Origin: a bacterium
GTDB taxonomy: Bacteria; Patescibacteriota; Minisyncoccia; UBA6257; UBA9933
DNA length: 58,143 nucleotides
Assembly: GCA_030693235.1 (NCBI GenBank)
Contig: JAUYBE010000016.1
Coordinates: 101,917 to 160,059 of the forward strand
Direction: 5' to 3'
The notes under the pieces are model-generated. The model ran no database searches. It was not told the DNA's origin and saw nothing but the letters and a program-made list of their open reading frames with translations. Shown here in pieces: positions 49,560 to 57,203 of this stretch. The position numbers were made by a program, and so were the translations under genes. Position 1 is the stretch's first letter. Each line of letters starts with the position of its first letter.

Positions 49560-49726
49560 TTGCCGAAGTTATAAAAAAAACAAGCGCTTTTAAACTTCAA
49601 AACAAACCCTGCCCTGATTGCGGAGAAGAAATGACAGATGATGTTTGCCCAACCTGCAATCCGGAAGAAATACCAGGCGACGAAACAGAAGAAAAGGCGA
49701 GTCCTGATGATGAAGAATTAATATAA
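49556..49726 (+). CDS. Small zinc-ribbon protein with acidic tail (56 aa, absent from the ORF track)
   Basis: MIAEV...CPDCGEEMTDDVCPTC...DDEELI*; ATGA overlap with the ruvC stop. Confidence 0.65.
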   Translation: MIAEVIKKTSAFKLQNKPCPDCGEEMTDDVCPTCNPEEIPGDETEEKASPDDEELI

Positions 49727-49728
49727 TT

Positions 49729-51855
49729 GTGGCTAATAAAAAAAAGCGCTTTTTAAAAATTGCCGGCTTTTTTATGCTAATCCTCCTGGGATTGGCTTTT
49801 TTTATTTTAATAATGGCGGCTAAAATGGCGAAAGAGCTGCCGAGCCCCGAGCAATTCGCCGAACGCCAAATCAATCAATCGACAAAAATTTACGACCGGA
49901 CAGGCAAAACTCTTTTGTATGAAATCTACGGCGAAGAAAAAAGAACCATTGTCGCTTTTGAAGAAATTCCCGATTTTGTGAAACAGGCGACTATCAGCGT
50001 TGAAGACCGGGAATTTTATTCTCACAAAGCTTTTGATTGGCGGGCTATTATTCGCGCCTTGTTTGTTAATATTATCAAGGGCCGGGTGGTCCAAGGCGGC
50101 TCAACCATTACTCAACAATTGGCCAAAAACGCTTTTTTAAGCCCGGAACGGACTTATGAAAGAAAACTCAAAGAATTAATTCTGGCTTATTGGATTGAAC
50201 AGCGCTATTCCAAAGACGAAATTTTAAATCTTTATCTTAATCAAATTTCTTACGGCGCCAACGCTTACGGCATTGAATCGGCCGGCCGGACTTATTTTAA
50301 TAAATCCGCCAAAGATTTGAGCTTGGCCGAGGCGGCTATCTTGGCGGCTCTGCCCAAGGCGCCGTCTTATTATTCTCCGTGGGGGACTCATAAAGAAGAT
50401 CTTGAACAAAGAAAAATTTATATTTTGGAACAAATGTTTAAATCGGGATTTATAGATGAAGAAGAAAAAGAAAGGGCTAAGAATTCCAAAATAAAATTCT
50501 CTGAACAAAACATCGGTCTGATTAAGGCGCCGCATTTTATAATGATGGTTAAGGATTATTTGGCTGAAAAATACGGCGAGGAAATTTTGGAAAAGGGCGG
50601 GCTAAATGTGATAACAACGCTTGATTGGAACTTCCAAAAAACCGCCGAGCAGGCTATTGGAGGCGGCGCTAAAAGAAACACCGAGCTCTACGACGGCCGC
50701 AACGCGGCTTTGGTCGCCCAAGACCCTAAAACCGGCCAAATTTTGGCTTTGGTCGGCTCAAAAGATTATCTGGCAGAACCGGAACCGATTGGTTGCGAAC
50801 CCGGCAAAGCCTGTCAATTTGAGGGCAATTTCAACGTAGCCAGCCAAGCTCTTCGCCAACCCGGTTCGGCTTTCAAACCCTTCGCTTATATCACGGCTTT
50901 TCAAAAGGGCTATTCGCCGGAAACAGTTGTTTTCGATCTCCCGACGGAATTTTCCACATACAGCAATGTCTGTCCCTTAACCGGTATTAATTTTTTTGAC
51001 AATAATTCTCTTTGTTTTCATCCGGAAAACTTTGACCGTCAATTTCGCGGACCGGTTAATTTAAGAAACGCTCTGGCTCAATCAATTAACGTGCCGTCGG
51101 TAAAAGTTCTTTATCTGGCCGGAATCAATGATTCAATAAAAACCGCTCAAAATTTCGGCATTACCACCTTGACCGATCCGAACCGCTATGGCCTTTCTTT
51201 GGTTTTGGGCGGCGGCGAAGTTAGGTTAATTGATTTGGTCAACGCTTATTCCGTATTTTCACAAGAAGGAATAAAACACCGGCAAGCGTTTGTTTTGGAA
51301 GTGAGAGATTCTCAGGGGAAAATTCTGGAAAAATATCTTGACCAAGCCACTCAAATCATTGAGCCCCAATACGCCAAATTAATCAACAATATTCTTTCGG
51401 ATATTGAAGCGCGTTCGCCGCTCTTTCAAAACAGCCTCGACCTCACGGTTTTCCCTAATCGGGAAGCGGCCTTAAAAACCGGAACCACTAATGATTATCG
51501 CGACGCCTGGGCAATCGGCTATACGCCGTCTTTGGTGGTCGGGGTCTGGGCCGGCAATAACAATAACAAACCAATGCAAAAACAAGCCGGCAGTATTTTA
51601 GCCGCCATTCCGATATGGCACGATTTTATGAGTAAGGTTTTAGAAAACTATCCGATTGAATTTTTTAACAAACCCGAACAAATAAATCAAACAAAGCCTA
51701 TATTAAATGGAGAATATATTCTTAATGATGAGACGCACGATATTCTTTATTATGTTAATAAAAACGACCCGCTTGGTCCTCAACCGTCAAACCCCGAAAC
51801 AGATTCCCAATTCTGGAACTGGGAATTGCCGATAAAAAATTCTAACTACTTTTAA
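49729..51855 (+). CDS. Class A penicillin-binding protein (PBP1A-like)
   Basis: EDREF, GGSTITQQL, RKLKE; SAFK, SIN, KTG. Confidence 0.93.
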   Translation: MANKKKRFLKIAGFFMLILLGLAFFILIMAAKMAKELPSPEQFAERQINQSTKIYDRTGKTLLYEIYGEEKRTIVAFEEIPDFVKQATISVEDREFYSHKAFDWRAIIRALFVNIIKGRVVQGGSTITQQLAKNAFLSPERTYERKLKELILAYWIEQRYSKDEILNLYLNQISYGANAYGIESAGRTYFNKSAKDLSLAEAAILAALPKAPSYYSPWGTHKEDLEQRKIYILEQMFKSGFIDEEEKERAKNSKIKFSEQNIGLIKAPHFIMMVKDYLAEKYGEEILEKGGLNVITTLDWNFQKTAEQAIGGGAKRNTELYDGRNAALVAQDPKTGQILALVGSKDYLAEPEPIGCEPGKACQFEGNFNVASQALRQPGSAFKPFAYITAFQKGYSPETVVFDLPTEFSTYSNVCPLTGINFFDNNSLCFHPENFDRQFRGPVNLRNALAQSINVPSVKVLYLAGINDSIKTAQNFGITTLTDPNRYGLSLVLGGGEVRLIDLVNAYSVFSQEGIKHRQAFVLEVRDSQGKILEKYLDQATQIIEPQYAKLINNILSDIEARSPLFQNSLDLTVFPNREAALKTGTTNDYRDAWAIGYTPSLVVGVWAGNNNNKPMQKQAGSILAAIPIWHDFMSKVLENYPIEFFNKPEQINQTKPILNGEYILNDETHDILYYVNKNDPLGPQPSNPETDSQFWNWELPIKNSNYF

Positions 51856-52963
51856 TCGGCATTATAATATAAAAATAAGAAACGTCTCCCGGCGATTTAA
51901 TCAATGCCGGCTTGTTATCGCCATTAAATCCGATAAAAACATTCTCTGAATCCAAGCCTTTGATTCCGTCCAAAAGAAACCGCCAATTAAAAATAATTTC
52001 CAACGACTGGCCGTTAATTTTCGCCGGAATTAAATATTTATTTTCCCCAAGGGTTTGATTAGATGATTGAATTTCAATGTTCTTGGCGCCCTCTTCAATA
52101 ACGGCTTTTACTTCATTGAGTCTATCGGTAAAAGCGCCTGTTAATTTTAAAGCGTTGATAAGCTGTTCTTTCCCTAAAACAATTTCTGTTTCAAAATTTT
52201 CCGGAATAATTTGCTGATAATCCGGGAAGTTGCCGTTAATCAATCTTGAAATAATTTCCAAATTTTCCGTTTTTAAAAAAATCTGATTTTGGTCAAAATA
52301 AATATCTATAATGTATTCATCCTCTTTGAAAATTCTAATAATTTCCTGAACTGTTTTTAGGGGAATAATTATTTTAAATTCTTTATCTATATTTGATTTA
52401 AATTGAGTGTTAATAATTATTTTTTCCGTTAAACGAAAACTGTCTGTGGCGGCTAATTTTAACGAATTTTGTTGAAAATCAAAAAGAATCCCGTTTAATT
52501 CCGGTTTGGTTTCTGAAATTTGAGCCGCGCTAATTAAAGATAATAATGATTTTTTAAAAATTGACGCGTTAATTTCCAATTTCGGCTGGTTTTTATCTAT
52601 TTTAGGTATAATAGGAAATTCTTCTTTTTTTATTCCTTGAATTTTAGCTAGATAATTATCCGTTTTAATTATTAATTTATTATCTTTATTTTCCAGATTT
52701 ATTCTTTCGCTTTGGAGATTATTGATTATTGAATTAAAAATATTAAAAGGAATTGTTAAATCTCCATCTTTAATGACTTTTCCGGGAATAAAAACCGTAA
52801 TAGCTAATTCTAAATTAGTCATTATTAATTTAATTTTATTATCTACTGTTTCTATTAGAAAATTTTTAAGAATCGGCAGGGTTGTTCCGTCTTTTTCGCC
52901 GCAGATTCTATTAATTGCTTCTAATCCCGATTTTAAATGATTTTTTAAAATAATTATTTCCAT
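51842..52963 (-). CDS. dnaN: DNA polymerase III beta clamp
   Basis: LPILKN, TNLE, ATDSFRL, SRLI.G.FPDY, IMPI; downstream of dnaA. Confidence 0.94.
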   Translation of the reverse strand: MEIIILKNHLKSGLEAINRICGEKDGTTLPILKNFLIETVDNKIKLIMTNLELAITVFIPGKVIKDGDLTIPFNIFNSIINNLQSERINLENKDNKLIIKTDNYLAKIQGIKKEEFPIIPKIDKNQPKLEINASIFKKSLLSLISAAQISETKPELNGILFDFQQNSLKLAATDSFRLTEKIIINTQFKSNIDKEFKIIIPLKTVQEIIRIFKEDEYIIDIYFDQNQIFLKTENLEIISRLINGNFPDYQQIIPENFETEIVLGKEQLINALKLTGAFTDRLNEVKAVIEEGAKNIEIQSSNQTLGENKYLIPAKINGQSLEIIFNWRFLLDGIKGLDSENVFIGFNGDNKPALIKSPGDVSYFYIIMPIKSS

Positions 52964-53117
52964 TTTAAAATTACTATTATTATAACTACTACTATAATTA
53001 TATTTTAATTATAAATAAAATAGTAGTAGTTGTAGTGGTTGTTGATATGTTGATAATGATAAAAATTTATTATTAAACCTAATTAATTTAATCTGTTTTG
53101 TTGTGGAAAATATGGGG
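52964..53117. other. Probable oriC (DnaA boxes plus DnaA-trio-like unwinding element)
   Basis: AT-rich dnaA-dnaN spacer with (TAG)n/(TAC)n trinucleotide runs and TGTTGATAA / TGTGGAAAA boxes. Confidence 0.7.
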
Positions 53118-54482
53118 TTAATTTTTATAAATATTTTCCTTAATTAATGTGATTTTATGGTTTAATTTCTGATTTTTATTGATTTCTTGAGAAATTTTTT
53201 CATAAGAGTAAATAATTGTCGTGTGGTCTCTTTTCCCTAATTTATCCCCAATGTCCGGATAAGACATATCCAAGATATCCCTTAAAAGAAAAGCGGTGAC
53301 TTGGCGCGGTTCAACAATTTTTTTTTTTCTGGAACGGCTTATTAAATCGCTTTGGGGAATTTCGTAAAAATCAGCCACCGCCTTAACTACTTGATTGCCG
53401 GTGATATTTTTGGAAGATTGTTGAATTGCGTTATTAATAACATCTTCAATAATTTTAGAAGTCGGTTCGATATTTTTAACTTCCTTATAAAAAAGAATTT
53501 TATTTAAAATTCCTTCAATTTCCCGGATATTTCTCTGAACTTTATTGGCGATTAAGTCGCAAATTTCATTCGGCAAGTCGGTGTTTTTTTCTTGAAGTTT
53601 GGTTTTGATAATCGCCATTCTCATTTCATAATCCGGATAAGTGATGTCGGCAATCATTCCGCCCTCAAAACGCGAGCGCAACCGCTCTTCAAGCGTGGGG
53701 ATGGCCGCCGGCGGTCGGTCGGAAGAAATAATAATTTGCTTGTTATTTTCATAAAGAACGTTAAAGGTGTGGAAAAATTCCTCCTCGCTCCTCTCTTTGC
53801 CGCCGATAAATTGAATGTCGTCGATGATTAAAACATCAACATTTCTGTATCTGGTTTTAACGTCATCCATTCTTTTGTTGCGAATCGCCCAAACCACGTC
53901 GTTGACGAATTTTTCCGAAGACACATATTTTACTTTAACTTTATTTTTATAAAGATTTTTAATTTCATTGCCGGCCGCTTGTATTAAATGGGTTTTGCCT
54001 AAGCCGGTGCCGCCATAAATAAAAAGAGGATTGTATTTTTTACCGACGTCTTTTGTTATGGCCATAGTGGCGGCGTAAGCCAATTCATTGGAAGAGCCCA
54101 CCACAAAAGAATTTAAATTATAGCGCGGATGAAGATTGGTTTCAGGGTCGATTTTTAATTCCGGCAGACTAGACTGGCGGTTGGAGCTTATTTTGGCGCT
54201 GACATTTTCTTTATCTTTGGGCGTTTTATTTTCTTCCATTAAAACGGTATATTCGACTTTCTTGATAGTTTCATCAAATGAGCGCAAAACCTCAAAAACC
54301 ATTTTATGGTATTTATTTTCAACCCACTCTTTCGCGAAATTATTGCCCAATCCGATTAAAATTTTGCCATCATCTTCTTTTTTAATCAGCCGGCTGTTTT
54401 TTAACCAGGTGAGAAAATTCGGCCGGGAAATTTGAAGTTCCAGCTCCGCCAATGTTGATTGCCAAAGTTGATTAAGATCCAT
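53118..54482 (-). CDS. dnaA: Chromosomal replication initiator
   Basis: YNPLFIYGGTGLGKTHL, IDDIQF, RLRSRF, RDHTT. Confidence 0.97.
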   Translation of the reverse strand: MDLNQLWQSTLAELELQISRPNFLTWLKNSRLIKKEDDGKILIGLGNNFAKEWVENKYHKMVFEVLRSFDETIKKVEYTVLMEENKTPKDKENVSAKISSNRQSSLPELKIDPETNLHPRYNLNSFVVGSSNELAYAATMAITKDVGKKYNPLFIYGGTGLGKTHLIQAAGNEIKNLYKNKVKVKYVSSEKFVNDVVWAIRNKRMDDVKTRYRNVDVLIIDDIQFIGGKERSEEEFFHTFNVLYENNKQIIISSDRPPAAIPTLEERLRSRFEGGMIADITYPDYEMRMAIIKTKLQEKNTDLPNEICDLIANKVQRNIREIEGILNKILFYKEVKNIEPTSKIIEDVINNAIQQSSKNITGNQVVKAVADFYEIPQSDLISRSRKKKIVEPRQVTAFLLRDILDMSYPDIGDKLGKRDHTTIIYSYEKISQEINKNQKLNHKITLIKENIYKN

Positions 54483-54572
54483 ACTTCTATTATTATTTAA
54501 TCTAAGATCAAGTCAAACGACGATAATTTATTAAGGTGTTGATTTTCTGGGGATAATTAATATAATTAAAAT

Positions 54573-54710
54573 ATGCCTAAAAGAACTTATCAGCCTAAAA
54601 AAAGAAAAAGGGCGAGAACGCACGGCTTTTTGAAGCGGTCGCGAACTCCGGCCGGAAGAAATGTTTTAAAAAAAAGAAGAAGGAAGGGGAGAAAAAAAAT
54701 CACTGTTTAA
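54573..54710 (+). CDS. rpmH: 50S ribosomal protein L34 (absent from the ORF track)
   Basis: [45 protein letters not shown]. Confidence 0.95.
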   Translation: MPKRTYQPKKRKRARTHGFLKRSRTPAGRNVLKKRRRKGRKKITV

Positions 54711-54797
54711 AAGTTTTTAAGTTTTAAGTTTTAAGTTTTAAGTTTTAGGTTTTAGTGGTTTTTACTAACACCTAACACCCAACACCTAATACCTAAT
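54711..54797. repeat. Inverted heptamer arrays (GTTTTAR)n/(CTAACAC)n
   Basis: Same element as 18175-18243. Confidence 0.75.
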
Positions 54798-54800
54798 TAA

Positions 54801-55118
54801 TTGCTTGCCAAACAATTTCGGCTTCAAATTCAGAAATGGCTGAGAGAGAATAAAAAAACAACCACCCGCAAGAGCGAATTTTTTATTGTTAAATTGCGGG
54901 ACAATAATTTATCATTCAGCCGGTTTGGAACGGTGATAAGCGCCAAAGTAAATAAAAGCGCGGTCAAGCGCAATAAAATCAAAAGAACGATTTTTAATTT
55001 TATCCGCTTTAAAAAACTTCACGAGTTGGCCGGAAAAGATATTTTGATGATTGTTTTGCCAGCGGCAAGTAAATTAACAAAACCGGAAATTGAAAAAGAA
55101 TTAGAAATAATATTATGA
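54801..55118 (+). CDS. rnpA: Ribonuclease P protein component
   Basis: SRFGTVIS.KV.KSAVKRNKIKR; synteny with rpmH and yidC. Confidence 0.92.
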   Translation: MLAKQFRLQIQKWLRENKKTTTRKSEFFIVKLRDNNLSFSRFGTVISAKVNKSAVKRNKIKRTIFNFIRFKKLHELAGKDILMIVLPAASKLTKPEIEKELEIIL

Positions 55119-55801
55119 GCGAATTATTCAATAAAATTTTATATCAACCCCTTTTTGATATTTTGGTTTTTTTATACCAATATCTCGGGGACTTGGGAGT
55201 CGCCATTATTGTCTTGACTGTTTTAATCAGGATAGTTTTATTTCCTTTGTTTTATAAAGGCGCTAAAGACCAGGCGATTATGCAGCGCTTGGCGCCCAAA
55301 GTCAAGGAGATTCAAACCAATCATAAAAACAACCGCGAAGAACAAGCAAAAGCTTTAATGGGATTGTATCGCGAGCATCGGGTGAATCCCTTATCCGGTT
55401 TTTTATTAATTCTTGTTCAGTTGCCGATTTTAATCGCTTTATACCAGGTTTTTATGAAAGGCCTTTCTGTTGAGGCCGGTTTTTTGGAGCTTACCTTTTT
55501 AGGTTTGATTGATTTAAGCAAGAGAAGCGCGGTCATTGTCGGTTTGGCGGCTGTGGCTCAATATTTTCAAGGCAAGCTGTCAATAATTAAAAGCGGAAAA
55601 CCGTTTAAGGATTTAACTCCAATTGAAAGGATGGGTCATCAAATGGTTTATTTGGGGCCGATTTTGACGGTAATTTTTTTGTATTTTTTTAATTTACCAT
55701 CGGCGGTCGGTCTTTATTGGTTGACAACGTCTTTGTTTTCGGTTATTCAACAGATTATAATTAACAAGAGATTAAAATTAAATGGACCAACTTCATCGTA
55801 A
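55115..55801 (+). CDS. yidC: Membrane protein insertase YidC (short form)
   Basis: LGVAIIVLTVLIR, VNPLSG, QLPILIALY, LPSAVGLYW. Confidence 0.93.
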   Translation: MSELFNKILYQPLFDILVFLYQYLGDLGVAIIVLTVLIRIVLFPLFYKGAKDQAIMQRLAPKVKEIQTNHKNNREEQAKALMGLYREHRVNPLSGFLLILVQLPILIALYQVFMKGLSVEAGFLELTFLGLIDLSKRSAVIVGLAAVAQYFQGKLSIIKSGKPFKDLTPIERMGHQMVYLGPILTVIFLYFFNLPSAVGLYWLTTSLFSVIQQIIINKRLKLNGPTSS

Positions 55802-56213
55802 TATTCAAAAACTGATTGAGCTGATGGGATTTAATGATTTTTCCGTCAGTCTTGAGCCCGAGAGCAACCGTTTTTTGATTTTTATCAACGACGGCGATTT
55901 TTTGAAAAATTTTTTACCGAACTTCGTCGCGGATTTTGATTACGTGGTTAAGCTGATGGCTAAAAAAATCGGCGTGGAGATGGTTGTCGTTGATATAAAT
56001 AATTATCGTCGGGAACGGGAGAATTTAATTCTGGAATTAGCCAGAGCCGCGGCTCGAAAAGCAACGGCTACCAAACAGGAAGTGGCTTTGCCGACGATGA
56101 ACGCTTATGAGCGCCGCTTGGTTCATGTGGAGCTGGCTTCGCATCCGGATATTAAAACCGAAAGCGCCGGCGAAGGCAGAGACCGCTATGTGGCAGTGAA
56201 GCCGATAGAATAA
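55782..56213 (+). CDS. jag: Jag/KhpB-like KH-R3H protein
   Basis: VDINNYR, MNAYERRLVH, ESAGEG.DR. Confidence 0.85.
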   Translation: MDQLHRNIQKLIELMGFNDFSVSLEPESNRFLIFINDGDFLKNFLPNFVADFDYVVKLMAKKIGVEMVVVDINNYRRERENLILELARAAARKATATKQEVALPTMNAYERRLVHVELASHPDIKTESAGEGRDRYVAVKPIE

Positions 56214-56225
56214 AATATTTATAGA

Positions 56226-56358
56226 TATTTATTTTTTAATTACAAAATATTATTTTCTTAGAGCTCGGAGTATTTTTCTGCTGAAAAATCTCCTCCTCTC
56301 GCGCCGTCGCGCTGCGAGAGGCTCTTCAAAAACAATATTTCATAATTCAAAACTAATA
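56226..56358. repeat. Long inverted repeat with AT-rich arms and a GC-rich palindromic centre
   Basis: ~38-nt arms TATTT...AGAGC / GCTCT...TAATA. Confidence 0.55.
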
Positions 56359-56455
56359 GATATTATTATTCTGGATTCTTTTAATTAGGCTTTTAAATCA
56401 GAGTTTTTCGAAATAATTTTCAATTCTGCCGGTCGGCGGATTTTTTGATAGCTCT

Positions 56456-56509
56456 CGAAGTCCGATGTCCCAAGTATTGACACAGATTCGCGCCGGACAT
56501 CAGACTTCG
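56456..56509. repeat. Palindromic element CGAAGTCCGATGTCC / GGACATCAGACTTCG
   Basis: 14/15 inverted repeat. Confidence 0.6.
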
Positions 56510-56584
56510 CCATATTGGATTTTCCTTTTAATTTTGCGATGTCGGATAAAGCCCAAAAGCGCTATTATTTGGGGTGATATACTT

Positions 56585-56622
56585 ATAGTCAATAGTCTCA
56601 CGATCGCGAGAGTGTTGACTAA
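56585..56622. repeat. 38-bp CGATCG-core palindrome, site F
   Basis: ATAGTCAATAGTCTCA-CGATCG-CGAGAGTGTTGACTAA. Confidence 0.75.
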
Positions 56623-56624
56623 TA

Positions 56625-56754
56625 TTGCGAGGATGTCAATGGCAGACGAAGCAATCTGACGCAAAGTGTCGTTGCGAGGTCGCCTAAGGCGACCGCGGCA
56701 ATCTCTTTGGGATTGCTTCGTCGTCCCGCATTGGCGGGACTCCTCGCAATGACA
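56625..56754. repeat. REP/RPE-like cluster (three units)
   Basis: Two TTGCGAGG...GCAATCT units and one GATTGCTTCG...CTCGCAATGACA unit. Confidence 0.7.
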
Positions 56755-56758
56755 TTAA

Positions 56759-56813
56759 TTATTTTGATGGCGTTATAAATCGCGTTAATCTCCGCCGCGC
56801 TTAACGCCCGGTT
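56759..56813 (-). pseudogene. Orphan 3'-end fragment of a LamG gene (NRALSAAEINAIYNA)
   Basis: Matches the C-terminus of the 57204 gene. Confidence 0.75.
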
Positions 56814-56852
56814 ACCCATATTGATTCTGTTTCAATCGTGTCAACCTGAATT

Positions 56853-56916
56853 TTACTTCGTGGCGTTGTAAATGGCGGCGATTTCGGCAGCTGATAATGT
56901 TCCGATTGTAGATGCG
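56853..56916 (-). pseudogene. Orphan 3'-end fragment of a LamG gene (RIYNR/TLSAAEIAAIYNATK*, +1 frameshift)
   Basis: Matches the C-terminus of the 57204 gene with synonymous changes; 15-bp identity CCGATTGTAGATGCG. Confidence 0.75.
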
Positions 56917-56945
56917 AAATTTTTCTATTAAAATAATAAAGCGGT

Positions 56946-57015
56946 GGGGGTGACGCAGTGTTGGATTCGGCTTACCATCTAGAATCCACGGGGTGCAATT
57001 CCCCGCACCTCCACC
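56946..57015 (+). ncRNA. tmRNA tRNA-like-domain-only / tRNA-Ala-mimic RNA
   Basis: GGGGGTG/CACCTCC-ACC acceptor with G3:U70; unpaired D-loop; 7-bp stem; T-arm CGGGG-TGCAATT-CCCCG; upstream TTGTAG-17-TAAAAT. Confidence 0.6.
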
Positions 57016-57024
57016 GCTTAAAAG

Positions 57025-57033
57025 TTATCCACA
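57025..57033 (+). promoter_or_regulatory. Perfect DnaA box
   Basis: TTATCCACA, 8 nt upstream of a TTGACA. Confidence 0.5.
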
Positions 57034-57075
57034 GACATGACTTGACAGAAAAATTCTGGCTGTTATTCTTTAATC

Positions 57076-57135
57076 AAGATGGTGAGCCGAATGCACTGCG
57101 TTTGGATTCGCGAAAGACCCCGCAAGGGGTTTTTT
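57076..57135 (+). ncRNA. Small RNA/leader complementary to the tRNA-like RNA, ending in an intrinsic terminator
   Basis: TTGACA(57042)-16-TATTCT with upstream TG; GACCCC-GCAA-GGGGTT-TTTT terminator; 16-nt and 8-nt complementarity to 56953-56980. Confidence 0.55.
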
Positions 57136-57203
57136 GTTTTATTTTGCCTGTCCGGTAGTGAAACTGCGATAAAATAAAATTGCGAAGCAATTCACAGTTT
57201 CTA

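Noticed and set aside
56946-57015. Complete standard or permuted tmRNA, or a canonical tRNA
   Set aside because: The 5' and 3' acceptor strands are only ~55 nt apart in unpermuted order, with no tag ORF, no D-stem and no 5-bp/7-nt anticodon arm.
56465-57158. ORFs 56465-56659, 56619-56819 and 56958-57158
   Set aside because: They are translations of repeats, LamG remnants and structured RNA, with no SD and no recognisable domain.
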